A DNA stretch of 63,957 nt, filler included, from Catajapyx aquilonaris (GCA_000934665.2; 4 parts of 4 records of this genome joined end to end with filler, not necessarily neighbours in it); one strand, 5' to 3'; positions 48,024 through 61,365 are shown, counted from the first letter of the whole stretch. Notes: generated by a model from the letters alone, not told the origin. Translations and numbers: made by a program.

Positions 48024-48439
48024 CCCAACCCCCTCCACCCCCCTACCCAAAATAGTGGGTCCAGGTAAACAAAACTAGGGATAACAAGCTGCGCCTCAAT
48101 TATTCCTATCCGAGCGGCCCTTTTTGAAGTGTCAATTAGAGCTTGCTGCTTGTGAAACGTACGGTGGGGGAGACACAAAGGTGGACAGGTAACGAGAGGT
48201 GCACACGCAAAAAAAAAATATAGCAGGTTTTTTTTGGGTGGTGTATGCAACAATCCAGCTACGTTTAGGGCAAAAAAGTTCGCCATTTTGAAATTGGCAG
48301 CCAAGACACTTCAGACCCGGGATGTAACCATCATGCAAAGTATTCAAAAAATTGGCGGAATTTCAAAAAAGCAGCTTTTAATAACAGTTATAACTACTAG
48401 CTATAGCTAGAATAAATAACTGTTACAAACATCAGTTTC

Positions 48440-48825
48440 AGCAATTTTAGGTTCACTAACATTGGTTTCACCAATAGTTGGCTTGTCCAATATTAGCTGG
48501 TCCTAACAATATTAGTTTCACCGATATTAGTTAGCTTCTCCAGTATTAGTTTCTCCAATATTAGTTGGATTAACATGTTAGTTAACTTCTTCAGTGTTAG
48601 TTGGTTCTAACAATATTAGTTTCATCAATATTACTTAGATTTTCCAATAGTAGTTGCTTTTAACAATATTAGTAAGTTTCACAAATATTAGTAAGTTTCA
48701 CCAATATTAATAAATTTCACCAAGGTTGCATTCACTAATACTAATACACGTGCTGGTTATTTTTAACTGTGTCAGTTGGCTTAACCAGTATTATTTACTT
48801 TCAACGATATTAGTAAGTTTCAGCT
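48440..48825. repeat. Degenerate short-unit satellite (CCAATATTAGTT-like)
   Basis: Many imperfect AATATTAGT(T/A) units. Confidence 0.75.
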
Positions 48826-49150
48826 TTTCTCGGCTGTAACAGTGATGACAAACTGGCCAAGAGACAGCCTCCCCATTTTCTGTAAGGATCTAATGAGTCA
48901 CCCTGTCTTCATCAGTCCACATGATGCCTGGGGGGGGGGGGGGGGNGTCTGCATTGCTTGTGTTTTACAGAGGATTGCTGGGGGGAAAAAATCACTGGTC
49001 ACTGGTTATGCATTCATGTCAGAGTTATTACTCTCATCCCCAGAAATGATCCTCTCTATGACTTTGACTATACTACAGGGTGTTCCACATGTGGATTTTT
49101 GACATATTAGAATTTTAGTTACTGATATGAGCTATCAAAATATTAGTTAA

Positions 49151-49467
49151 CGAGCAGGATACCCGGCGTTTCTCGGGTTATGAAATACGTTTCCATAGGA
49201 ATAACTCATTGATGTAACGAGTAACTCATTGATGTAACAGCGTCAACAATGACTGCATTTCCATGCAGTAACAATAAAAGGTAAGCCTACTTTTCTGCCT
49301 TTTTGCCTCCTGCGGCCAAAGATGACCTCGGAGGTCAAGTTCAATGTGCTAAAAACCTTCCCCGTTAAAAACTACCCCTAATGATCAACCTGGGGCACAT
49401 GTCGAGACCTCCGTATTTACTTGCATCGGGAACCTACAGACATACGTCTTGAAATATATGTATAAGA
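49151..49467 (-). mobile_element. Non-autonomous Helitron-like element
   Basis: Minus strand A|TCTTATACATATAT start; 3' hairpin ACCCGAGAAACGCCGGGT then CTCG|T. Confidence 0.65.
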
Positions 49468-50069
49468 TAATAGGTCGAAATCAGCCACCTGCAACTCCTA
49501 CCCCAGCCTTATGGAGATCCCCGTGAGCTTACATGCTGGCCTCGTAGGTAGGGGGTGCAGCTAACTTCATACGGAGCATATGATCCTTTACTCCAATGAT
49601 CCAGGATCGGAATGGATGCTGAGATCTGCAAAGAGAACCTTTTCCAATCTAGCTAACTGCCACCGAATTATCGCGCACTTTTCGCTCCATTTGTCATCAA
49701 AGCGGACAACGATACAATAGCAAAATGCACCAAAAACCTTTGAAGATATCAGTGTCTCCTTTGTCTGAAGCTCTGTCCCGAATTTTTGGTAACATGAAGC
49801 CCACCCCAAAGCTTCCCCCCCCCCTCAGCCATTTTTCTCCATTTTCATTGTAGCCCCCCCCTTTTATGACATGGAGGGTGGGTGGAAAACACATGCGATG
49901 ATATCCTTTTTGCTTGCAAAAGAGGATTAATTTCTCTGGGATTTGCGACTGTCACAGGGAACCCGATCCTTGTCATGCAAGTGCAAAGTTAGGTCGACCC
50001 AATTTTAGGACCGACTTATGGGGCTACGCTTTATCAGAGTGTGTGTGTTTTTTTTTGTGCAATATGGGT

Positions 50070-50990
50070 ATGGACGTCGCCATTTTGAAACAATGCTATT
50101 TTCGGCTCAGAAATATATGCTTACCTAAACAGCTATTTTGATTACATATATTTTGGTAACTATCGGGCTTCTGGCCTAGAGAATGTAGACTAATGACAAA
50201 TTTTTCTGTAGCAGTTATAACACTTGGTAGTAGCTAATTTGAAACTATGCTATTTTCGGCTCACAAAGAGCTGCTTACATGCACATTATTTTGATTCCAC
50301 ATAAGTAGATACACTGCTGTGCTGCTTCTGGCCTACAGAAGTAGAATAGCAACAAATATTTTGTAGCAGTTATAACACTTGAAAGTAGCTATTTACCATG
50401 GTGTGATGTAGCTGCTATTTTCGTGATAATTGTTTTCATGTGTATGGGCCAGGGATGGAAAAAGAACCGCTTCTTGGAAGGAAGCGGTTCTTTTTTTTCC
50501 ATGTGCAGGGATGGAAAAAAGAACCGCTTCCTACTTCCAAGAAGCGGTTATTTTTCCATCCATGGTATGGGCGTAGCCATTTTGATGCTATGCTATTTTC
50601 GGCTACAATGTAGCTGCTCATATATAGGCAGTTAATTCCATGCAAGCTCTTTTAGTAACTGAGATATTATGCCTTTTTAATGAAGAGAAGTTTCGAAGCT
50701 GTGCTATTTTCGGCGCACAAGTGGTTGCTTATAAAGACGTTATTTGCATACAAGCTATTTTGGTAACTATTATGCCGTTCCTAGGCAAGAAAAACATTTG
50801 CAGCTATGCTTTTTTCGGCGTAAAAGTTACTGCTTGCATAAGCAGTTAGTTTGTTGCTAGCTCCTTTGACTCTAATATGCGTTTTCTGGTCTTGAAAAGA
50901 TAGAATACTGCGAACAAATTTTGTAGCCGTTATAACACTTGAAAGTAGCCATTTAATATGGCTATTCGCTATTTTACTGGTAATTGCAAG
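50070..50990. repeat. Degenerate tandem repeat (GCTATTTTCGGC...TGCTTA...GTTATAACACTTG units)
   Basis: (T)GCTATTTTCGGC recurs at ~50095, 50248, 50591, 50702; GTTATAACACTTG at ~50214, 50369, 50929. Confidence 0.7.
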
Positions 50991-51459
50991 TTGCAAAATA
51001 TTGCGCAAATTGCCAGCTCGTGCAAGTAATGCAAAAATTTCCATCGCAATAACTAGTTCAACGCTACAGTAAGCAAGACAAATAATTGTTTAAAAAAGCA
51101 TGGCGTCCACTGCACCTGTTTTGCAGTTACGTTATTTTCGCATGCACATATAGCGTGTATTCTTTTGCCTCATGAATATGCATGAGAGCTGTGCAGAGAA
51201 ACATGTAATAAATTTACAAGCATCACAAAGTGTGCAAAAAGAAGCAGAGAAAGCTAACCTACTTTTAAAATCCAGCCGGTAATATTTTTACGCCTCCATG
51301 AATCATACAACATGCTGTGCATGAAGTGCCATACGCGTACGTACAGTACATTACATTGTGCAGTGTAGGCCTATATGAAAATCAGTAAAAGGTACTGTCA
51401 TAATTATGCAAGAAACTGCTTTCCAAATTATTCAGTCAAAATCTCGCTATTGGCTAATA

Positions 51460-52420
51460 CTGATAGTTAATATCCCTATAATAGTCAATTAATAGTTAAA
51501 ATATAGCCAATATTAATAGCTAATAGGCCGTTTACAGTAAAATTAAACGTTAATTCTTCCTAATAGGTAATATGCTTTTAATAATAAAATAATGAGCTAA
51601 TTTTAACAGTTAATATTAACAGTGAATATCTCCCAAGTAGAGAGTTAATGTTAATACGTAGTTAATATGACGTCAAGAGTAACAATTAATAGTTAATATT
51701 ATTAGTTAATCCCCTCTAATAGTTAATTTAATATCTAATATGCCATTAATAATCAAATTATTATGTAACATTAATAGCCAATGTATCCCAAGAGTTAATA
51801 TAAATAGTTAATATTAATAGTTATGGCGATAGTTAATATAAATAGTTATGGCGACAGTTAATATAAATAGTTATGGCGATAGTTCATATTAATAGTTATG
51901 GCGATAGTTCATATTAATAGTTATAGCTAAAAGTTAATATTATTTTCATAATAACAAATAATAATAGTTATAGCTAAAAGTTAATATTATTTTCATAATA
52001 ACAAATAATAATAGTTATAGCTAAAAGTTAATATTTCATAATAACAAATAATAATAGTTATAGCTAAAAGTTAATATTTCATAATAACAAATAATAATAG
52101 TTAATATTTCCTAATAACAAATAATAATAGTTATAGCTAAAAGTTAATATTTCATAATAACAAATAATAATAGTTAATATTTCCTAATAACGAATAATAA
52201 TAGTTAATATTTCATAATAACGAATACTAATGGTTAATATTTCCTAATAACGAATAATAATAGTTACCGTAATATTTCCTAATAACGAATAATAATAGTT
52301 ACCGTAATATTTCATAATAACTAATATTGTTAGGTAATTTGCCTTTAATAGTTAATATTAAGAGTTCAAATATCGCTAATAGCCAACATTAATAGTTATT
52401 ATCCCTATAATAGCGAATAT
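51460..52420. repeat. AT-rich compound minisatellite (AATAGTTAATATT core)
   Basis: Successive blocks of 21-, 36-39- and 24-28-bp units. Confidence 0.85.
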
Positions 52421-53583
52421 TAATCACTCATATCCCGTCGATGCAATGGTCTGCGCGATCCTTTTAATTAGGCTCCATTCGAATTTAGGCGACTCCAAAA
52501 AGCAGCTATTTCTTCTAGCGTTCTAGCAGTTCCTCCAGGCGTGTATTAAAATAGTTAATGACGTGGGTTTGGGGCGGGGGTGATGGGAAAGTAATGGGCC
52601 ACAACTACCTCTTTTACTACGCCCCAACACACCTTAATGCACACTGTCCCTCCCCTGTTCAGAAAAAAAAATGTGAGGCCTAGAGGGAGGCTAGAAAGAG
52701 GGGGGGGGGGACTTTTTTTTTTCTTCCTTACTATTACTACTACTATTCCGGAGCAGATCAATTTGTTTCCGGGCGGTCAGGTTAATGTGTGAGCTGGACC
52801 TTTTGTCTCCGGTCAGCCCCCCGGATTCTCCAACGGGAGCAATAAAATAATTCAGGGTTGGGGAAATGGGGTCGACGGTCTCTCTCCAGGGGAGGACAAA
52901 CCCTAGTGGAGAAGAGACCAAACAACGCTCACCTGCTTGTTTGCCCCCAGCAACCTCCTCTAGAAAGTTAAAAAGAAAAAGAAAAAAACGGGTTTTTGCT
53001 AGGTCCCGGAATGGAAGTGGGAAAGAAGAGAATAGGAAGAAAGCTGGACAGTCCCGAAAAACTTCTATCGTCCACTTACGCTAGTCTTTTTTTTCGTTTG
53101 GAAGACTTTCGATTGCGAGGCGACAGTTGATTGGTTTTTTTTCACGGGGACTTTAGAACCGGTTACGGAGGGTTCAGGTACATAACTGGGCTTTTACCGG
53201 ACGGGTAATTGCATGGAAGCAGGTTTTTTGGTGGAAAAGTGGAGGTGAAACAGTGAAGGTGGCAGTGTGGAGGTGGTACTGTGGAGGCGAAAATATGAAG
53301 GGGGCATTGTGGCACTGAAAGAGTTTGCCCTAAACTGTCATGGCGCCTATTAACTGCATTTTTATAATTTTCTGGATTTTATTACACTTTTTTCGTCGAA
53401 CATAGAGCAGATCTGTCCGTCTGTCTGTCTGTGGACAGGTATCAGGGCCTAAACTGCAAGAGAGAGCTCCAAACTGTTCTCAGATTCCGATCAAGAGTGA
53501 CCTAAATAGGATTCAGGGTCAACTTCTGGTGACCAGCCACTTCTGGTTTTCCGGGTTCACTCTATCCGTACAAGTCTACTTTA

Positions 53584-54143
53584 TTTATTTACTAGCTTGC
53601 GGCAGCGGCACCCGGCGCGGCGTTGCCCGGGAAGAAATGAATGAAGGGAAAACACCTGCACCAATGCCATCTGTGGTCCTGCCTGCTACTCCAACACCTT
53701 CAACCTCTCCCGCCTGTATAACGGCAACCGTCATTTGCCTGCCATCTGTAGTCAACCCCCAGCACCTCCATCCTCTCCCGGCCTGGGGGTGGAGCACAGA
53801 TGACGGTTGGCAGGCGGACAGACAGACAGACTCACAAACGGCTTTATTTATATAGAAGATTTAATTATTTAAAAAAAATACCACGTGATAGGACCAGGGG
53901 CCCTCTTAGGGGGGAAGGGGAGGTTCCCAAGGGAGGACTCTGTAATGATAGTCATTCTGACTCTCTGAAATACACCAGACTGTTACTCCTGGCCCTGGGC
54001 AGAGTAGGGAGTGCAAGTCTGCCCGGACATGTCGGGTGAAAAGCGGAAAAAGACCCGAGCATATGTGACGGGGACGGGATTTGAACCCCGGACCTCCCGC
54101 TTGGCTGGCCAGTAGCATAGCCACTAGACCACCATGCACCCAT
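53584..54143 (-). mobile_element. tRNA-derived SINE (family D) with a Helitron in its tail
   Basis: A box TGGTCTAGTGG, B box GGTTCAAATCC; 16-bp TSD GTACAAGTCTACTTTA (53568-83, 54144-59). Confidence 0.85.
53592..53859 (-). mobile_element. 268-bp non-autonomous Helitron (Lep1-like)
   Basis: A|TCTTCTATATAAATAAAG..(CTGT)n..CCCGGGCAACGCC..CCGGG..CTAG|T. Confidence 0.85.
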
Positions 54144-57100
54144 GTACAAGTCTACTTTACAGGCGGGTTATCATTGGATGTCGAAATTAATTTTCCTGGA
54201 TTACTGACCTAGTATGTCTGGGATTTACCAGGGTTTTACCTGGCGCTCTGTTACAGGGGCTGTGGAATTAATTCCTGATGTTGGACATGCCATCAGCTGC
54301 CATGATGTTATCATCTGTTGCCAAAATTACGATATCTCGACATATCGATTCACATGCTCATACTTGACAGAATGAGAAAAAGTAACATCGAATCTGTTCC
54401 CATATTGTTTTTTATGATACATCCAGTAGATATAGGGTTTGACGTGCGGTTTCGGGATTGGAGCGGAGCCCGAAATCGGCTCCGGATTCACCCCGTAACC
54501 AGAGAGTTAGAGGTCTGGGTAATTGCCCCCCGTGTTGACCCCGGAGTTTAAGGCGTTTCCTAATGCTAGTTGACGGCGGCTCTCTCTGCGGGGGGGACAA
54601 GGGGCAGAGGGCAAACAAACCCAAAGTGTTTTTTTGCCACCCACTGTACACCAGGAGATACATTGTCAGAGTGTTGCTTAATTGTTAAAAATGGCTAGTA
54701 ATAACTAGTTTCTGCTAATGAATCGTACAGTATTTTGAAGCCTCGAGTTTGCTGAGATTTTTTGCCTTCTCTGTAAGTTTGTAGGGATGGATATTGATTA
54801 AAACCAGAAAACGAGCGAGGGCTAATGAAGCTTAGATAATGAGCACTTGAAGATTGAAGTAGAAGCCTTTTTGTGCTCAACTTGCCAGAAAGCCCGAGAA
54901 ATAGCTTCAAATGTTTGCGATTCAACAAAATTGGCATTCAAATTATTTTTTAAAATGTAGGTTTCATGTTTGTACAGTAGATTCTAGTGACTTTAATTGA
55001 ACAACTTGGAAAACGCTTGCAAACCACTCGCTTCGCTCGCTCTTTTCTAGGCCTACGGCCTGGGGTAGCCTACCTATTCGGCGCACCATATCGCCGGGGA
55101 ATGGACAGTTGCCCCGGCAACGCAACAGGAGTTGTTTACACCCCCATCGCGCATGAGTAGAACGCGGGCCAATGGGGAAGTGGCGGTAACAATATGCGGC
55201 GAACCAATCAGAGGGCTCGGCCAACTCCCGCAAGGATTTTAATATTATAGATGGAATCAGAAAATGGGGTATGTTACATCGAAAAATTGGCTCATTAATT
55301 TTTCTGAGTGTCCAATGTCCAGCTTTTTCATCGATTTTGTCTTCCAAAATGCACCACTCTAGTCTACAGGCCAGAGGTCACCATTAGTGACCTCCGAGGT
55401 TACTTCTCTCTCCACCTGCTGACACACATTTTCCAAGGGAAATGCGATTACATCCTCCCTAGGCGCTAATTGCCCCATCTGACAAAGCGGACCCGGAAAT
55501 CGACAAAATCATTTGTGACGATCGTTTCCCCCTCTAACGATCCTATCGATCCCTCTCCTCCTACCGCCGATCCTCGAAAAAAATAAAAATCGGTGTGCCC
55601 TTAGAGACCGACTGAAGGCGGAAATTAATGTGGAAGAATGTTCAGGATATAATGGCTCCTGTCAAACTTACCGAAAAAAAATTATTATGATTTTTTTTTT
55701 GTGGAACGCTATTACAGCTATTTCTTTTTTAAAAATATGTAGAGGGCAGCATTGCATGGGAATTGTCAGCATCCTGAAAATTTTCAGTGTGTAATGACCA
55801 AGTTTCGAGTGCTATTCCAGAGCTCTGCGTTGGAGAGAGATGATGTTAGAGAAACTCCGGGGCGATTCGGTCCAAAATTCCTGGAGAAACTATTCCGGGA
55901 ACGGAGAACTGGGGAAAAGGGGGGGGGTAGGAGGAGATGGAGGAGGAGGAGGAGTTCACATGAATAATTCTGTGGAAACTGTCTGTACTTATTAACGGGC
56001 GGTACTGCAGTGTGTACCTGTCTGAAGTGATCATGCTAACGACGTGGGAATGTCTGGGGCTGGAATTGCTAATATTGCGCAGACTTTCCTAGGATAGGGT
56101 TGGAAATAATAATAAAAAATGTTAGGTAAGAGTTGAAGTCATGTGAAATGTGGAATTACGTTAATGTCAGCACTTGTTAAAATTTTAAACCGATTTTTTT
56201 TGTGTAAAATGTAAAATTAGTTTCTCTATCAGATGGAACTTTAGCAGAGCTCCATATTCACTGTATCGACAACAGTTACAAAACACCTCATTGTTGGTTG
56301 GTTAGATGGAATTGAAACCTGTATTTTGTACTGTCTTTGGGGTCTTTTGTTAGCTTCAAACAACAAGGAAGTTGAATGATAACCAAACTCGAAACAGTCC
56401 ATCCCTCGAAGCTCTATAAACAAAACCACCAAATTTTTTTCTCTCCCCCCCCCCTCCCTCTCTACCCACTTCTTCACCACATCGAATCCATTACAGTTAC
56501 TTGCACAAAGCATTGAGTGTTCTAAGCCCTCCCCCACTTTTCCCCCCCACATTCCCCCTTTTCCGCCAATTCCTAGTTGAAATGCAACTCGGCGGAAAGC
56601 ACACATAGTTGAGGCAAATGCGGGCTGATTCCAAATGGACGATGTCGTTTTCTGATTGGCCTTTGCTGGAGTGCACACTTTAACAAAGCTATTGCTTTCA
56701 AACTCCTTTTTTTTGCAACAATGCTCCAATAATACTCCATGAGGTATTGCTTCAGGAGGTACAGTAAGTCTATGTTCAGACCAACAAAGTGCAATAAAAT
56801 TAAGCCATCTTCAATATGTCATTGTCACCACTTTTTTTTTTGAAAAAATAATATTTTTCAAAAAAAAAAATTGCTGGTATAAAATCCCTCTGTAACAACC
56901 TGCTCCAGATCGCTCAATTCGCCCAGACACTCCAACTCCGGACAAACTTGTCTCTATTGACTTAGAGCATTATGGAAATTTCACTCTCCGGAAACATGAG
57001 CTCCCGGATCCACCTTTTTTCCAACAAAAAAAGACGTCAAAACACAAGACAGCTCCAGATTACCCCCCCAAAAAAACTAGCTATATATCTAAACATTTTT

Positions 57101-57861
57101 CATGTAAAAGTCTCGTTAAATCCAGGGGGGTTCCCAAAATCTGCCCGGATTTGGACCTAGACATGTCCTCAGCATGACCAGAATCGGGGACACTAATTCT
57201 GCCATTTTTTTTCTCGTAGGGACATGGGGCCTTAGTGCATTGGCAGCGTGTCTTGTGCGAATTTGACTTGGGGAGGCTTTGCACTTAAATTCCCTGAGGA
57301 TTATGGGGGGGATGGGAAGGTAGGGGAAGGAGGGGGTGGGCAGAATTCCGGCCACGTTCGAAGTGTAGCCGGAGCCTTGCCGGAGCTCATTATGCCTGCA
57401 GCATTGGGTTATCCGCAGGTTGCTGGAGCTCCATTAGTCCAGAAGGCTGAGGGTACAGGGGGTGTCAGAGATCGACCTTAGTAGATCAAGTATCAGTAGA
57501 GAGAAATTTAGGCCGAAAAATTGCAGAAAAAGGCTCAGTTTTCATCCTTGAATGATGCAACCCAAACTACAAATTTTAGATGCTAAATGGATTTCTGATA
57601 TAGTTCCAACACTTGTTAAAAGTTTAAACCGAAGAAATATGGCGTAGAATGTGCGAAATTAGTTTCCCTATCGCTATCGTATGAAATTTGCTCAGTGCTC
57701 CATATCTACTTATCTCTAAAATAGGCTATTAGTTACAAACGTTAGGTTATGTTACAGGTTAGGTAAGTACTCACCAGGTACTGCTGCGGTTGATTGAAGA
57801 GGTGTCCTAGATAATTAACAGAAATGAACATTAGCATGCAGTAACTGATATGAAAATAATA

Positions 57862-58448
57862 AATATTCATAAACCAGAAAGTTTGTTTGTATGTCTCGGC
57901 CAGCCCCCGGATACTTCCCCTACAATATTATCTTATCGCATTTTACATGAGGTGCTCACATGAGAGCGCCATGAGACAGCTTTTCATTGTGTCATTATGT
58001 GGCGACCATACCGGACTACGCTAAACTTTATAGGTATAAAAGGGAAGGGCGACCATGTTGGGCCCGCATGTAGCGGCTTCTCTTCTACCTAGTTCAGCGT
58101 AGTCCGGTAGGGTCGCCACATAATAGCACAATGAAAAGCTGTCTCGTGGCGCTCTCAAGTGAGCACCTCATGCAAAACTCCCCGACAGGCAATAAGAGGA
58201 AGTGTCCAGACCTTAGTATTCTAAGACCATGGTCTCGGCTACCTAACCCACTTCTACACCTCGGAAATTACTGAAACTTGGCACACCGATGTCTTACGTG
58301 CCGCTGATTGAGGAAATAGTCTGAAACCCGCACTTTTCATAGTCTAAATGCCCAAATTGTATGATTTCTTCTGCGGTCATTTTACACCCACTACAGGTGG
58401 CGCTCTTACCCTTCCCTTATCAATCCCCGTGCGAAGAACCACTGCTAG
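57862..58448 (+). mobile_element. Helitron-like element interrupted by a palindromic insert
   Basis: GAAAGTTTGTTTGTATGT..TGAAACTTGGCACA..CCCGTGCGAAG..CTAG|T; insert 57901-58231 flanked by 8-bp direct repeat GTCTCGGC. Confidence 0.6.
57941..58177. repeat. Hairpin core (~88-bp arms) of an 8-bp-TSD MITE
   Basis: CATGAGGTGCTCAC.TGAGAGCGCCA.GAGACAGCTTTTCATTGTG..TATGTGGCGACC.TACCGGACTACGCT mirrored at ~58091-58177. Confidence 0.85.
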
Positions 58449-59182
58449 TTGTGAATAAATGTTTCGGACAGCTATCAGGACACTATCGGTTGTAGGTTCT
58501 TGTTATACTAAAAACACAACAATCAAACAGTAAGACAACAAAAAGCGAATCCTGTAAAAGAGATTTTTGGAACCTTGAAAGGACAAGAAAATTGTCTTCC
58601 GAGAGCAAGACGCGTTTCGCAGATAATTTATTTTTAGCAATGTCTGTTTGTTTTTTTAAATATCAGGCGACAAAACACAAATAATCTGACGACACAGAAA
58701 TATGCACATGGCTTTCACAACTGCTGCTGCTGCTGCTGTACATGAAATTTGCTTGCACTGGTTTGATCATATATACAGAATATACAACTATGTAAAAGTT
58801 GGTTTGACGATATATATTTTTAATGTTTTTTTTATTGAGTTATATATTTTTTTGAAATATCCACTTTTTTTTGGTTAGGTCAAGCACGGTTTAAAAGTAG
58901 AGCCCTTCGGAATTCCAATGACGAAAAAGTGCACATATTTGAGTAACAAACGCATACGAGTACAAACATAACCATGGAAAAAAGTTGCCCAACAGAAAGG
59001 CCTTGTGAAGGAAAAAATTTTCTCTACAGTCTTCTACCTAGGATTTGTCAAGTCCGGAGTGGTCCTTGGAAAACCGTCGAACCGGTTTTCCATTTCCAAA
59101 AAAGAACAGTCCCAAGAAGGTTGGTATTACTCGGTGTAAAAAGGGTTGTGTATAAAAGAAGAAAAAAAAACGGTTCAAGGTT

Positions 59183-59888
59183 GGTATCTCGACAACTGGC
59201 TGCAGGTCAATTGGCTGCCATGCCATTTGGCTGCCGGTCATTTGGTTGCTGTCTTTTACAGTAGGGACAAGATAACCTAATGGTTTTGGGCGTGGCTTGT
59301 GTCTTTAGAAACCATAATTAGCTCCGCCCCCTGCTGATTTTATGTATTGGTGGAGTTGATTGGTGGGGAAATATGTCCACCATTCTGGGTTACCAACTCC
59401 TTTAGAACGCCCATCTCCTTTGAAATCGAATCCTGATTGGTCGACCGGTAGGGGGCGGGGATAATTAAAGCTGCCAAAGACACAAGCCACCTCCCAAAAC
59501 CCTTATCAGTGGGGCTTAACGTCGGCCTCTTTCTGCTGCTAAGGCTAACACGGACGCCAGGGTGTGGTCCTCCTCTTGGAAATTTGGCCACTCAGGGGAT
59601 CTTTAACGTGCACTCGCGCAATGCCACAAGCACACGTGACCGACGGCTTTACTTCCCCTCCGAAGAAAGGCGCACCACCCGGAGAAAAGTCACCGACCTC
59701 GGCAGGGTTCGAACCCACAACTTTGGGTCTAGAGGCGAGCGCGCTAACCACCAGACCACCAACGCCGGCAACTCCCATAACCAAGTTAGCTTACCCCTAC
59801 TGTAGGTGCTGATTAAACTGGCACACCAAATATCATGGCAGCCAAATGACCGGTAGCCAATTGTCCGGCAGCCAAAAGTCGTAGATTC
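59183..59888. mobile_element. Foldback/MULE-like MITE
   Basis: Modular TTGGCTGCCGGTCA-type repeats inverted at both ends; degenerate 9-bp TSD TTCAAGGTT / TTCAGGTT. Confidence 0.65.
59503..59776 (-). mobile_element. tRNA-derived SINE with Nin/Deu-domain-like core (family F)
   Basis: A box TGGTCTGGTGG, B box GGTTCGAACCC; core TTCGGAGGGGAAGTAAAGCCGTCGGTC..GCACGTTAAAGATCCC; end GACGTTAAGCCCCA. Confidence 0.82.
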
Positions 59889-60779
59889 TTCAGGTTGCCC
59901 ACAGATGGCGCCACCTTCACATGAGATGGCGCCACTGTGCCATCAAAAAAACCCATAGATGGCACCACCTACCAACCTCGCTCTCCTTTCCGTCCAGTTC
60001 CAGCTCCAGTTCCGAAATAGCGAGGGGGGGAAAAAAACAAAATGAGCTCGCACATTATGCAGTCGTAATCATACATCAGGCTAGGGAAATGAAGCAGGCC
60101 AATGGGAAGAAAGGAAGCGGCAGCATTCCACCCCGTTTGGAAACAGATTCCCAGGGCATCAAGCATAAGTTTCTCCAACTCATTTGCTCTGCTGTCAACG
60201 AGCCCTGGTGGAGCCATAAAGTACGAACGGCTCTCGAAAATGCTTTGGAATTCATTGTAATCCGTGCCCGAGCTGGAATGACATCTTATTTCCCGCGGCA
60301 GAAGAGGGAAGAAAAGGCCCAGGCCCACACCATTATTTCCTAGGACGAGTGAGGGAGGAAAAAAACATGGTGGCAGAAATTTTTTCGATTTGTATCCATG
60401 GCCACGGGACTAATTTTTCAACCGAGTTGACTCGGTGCAAATTAACGGTACTAAATAGGGACCAAAATGGGGTATTAACTTTATCTGGCACTTTGTAAGA
60501 TGGCGGCTTATCTGGCACACTGTGTGACGTCAGCAAGATGGCGGCCTTCACAGCTGACGACCGAAATTGTTAAAAATTTAAAGACACGACTTTCAAAAAT
60601 CAGGTTTTATAATTAACCAAGGGGTTAACCACGCGACTGTAAAGTGTACACTGGAGTACCAAGGAGTACCACAGAGTAAGGTACCTAAGGAGTACATCCC
60701 ATGCAGGTGTACATAGGAGTACCGAAGTTGTTAACCCCTTTTAATTAACAGTTAGAGACCATAACCGATTGAATCAAGT

Positions 60780-60974
60780 TTACGCCCCATAGATATCTCC
60801 TGGATGCCCAAATGTCGCAAGAATAGGATGTCCACAATATGCTCGAATCAGATATCTAGGAGACATCCTGGTTGAATGCTCAAGGGACATGTTTTCTGGA
60901 TATCGGAGTAGGGAATCTTGTGGACATCCTATTCTTGTGATATTTGGGCATCCAGGGGATATCCATTGGGCGTA
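60780..60974. repeat. Inverted repeat (57-bp arms) within a MITE remnant
   Basis: TTACGCCC..GGATGCCCAAAT..CAAGAATAGGATGTCCACAA mirrored at 60918-60974. Confidence 0.75.
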
Positions 60975-61365
60975 ATCTGGATGTCCCCTGGATGTCGAGT
61001 CTGATCGGTCTGGATATGGATATCAATGTGCTACTTGGGATATGGCACCATGAGTGACGTCAGCAAGATGGCAGCCTCCACCTGGCACCGTTGCCACGAG
61101 GGCTTTCAAATCTCAATCTAAAAATTAACAAATTATTTAAAATTATTTAAGCATTTAATTAGTAAAAGTTCAAAAATTATTTGAACATTATTTTAAAATC
61201 TCAACGTAAAAATTTAAAAGTTATTTGATCTAAAATTTGTACATGTTTAAAAATCATGTACAAATTATTTTAAGAATAAATTTTTAAATTACAATTGTTT
61301 TAATAACTATTTTAAAATTTAAAGTCATGACTTTAAATGGATAGTTAACAGTTAAGTACAGGACA

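Noticed and set aside
54705..55251. Possible Helitron/Helentron with CCAAT and X-box-like motifs
   Set aside because: Only the 5' signature (TCTATAATATTAAAA on the minus strand) is clear; no 3' hairpin found and the promoter motifs are unsupported
59898..59970. Three AGATGGC(G/A)CCAC motifs resembling CTCF sites
   Set aside because: Only the 3' half of the consensus matches; cannot be supported from sequence alone
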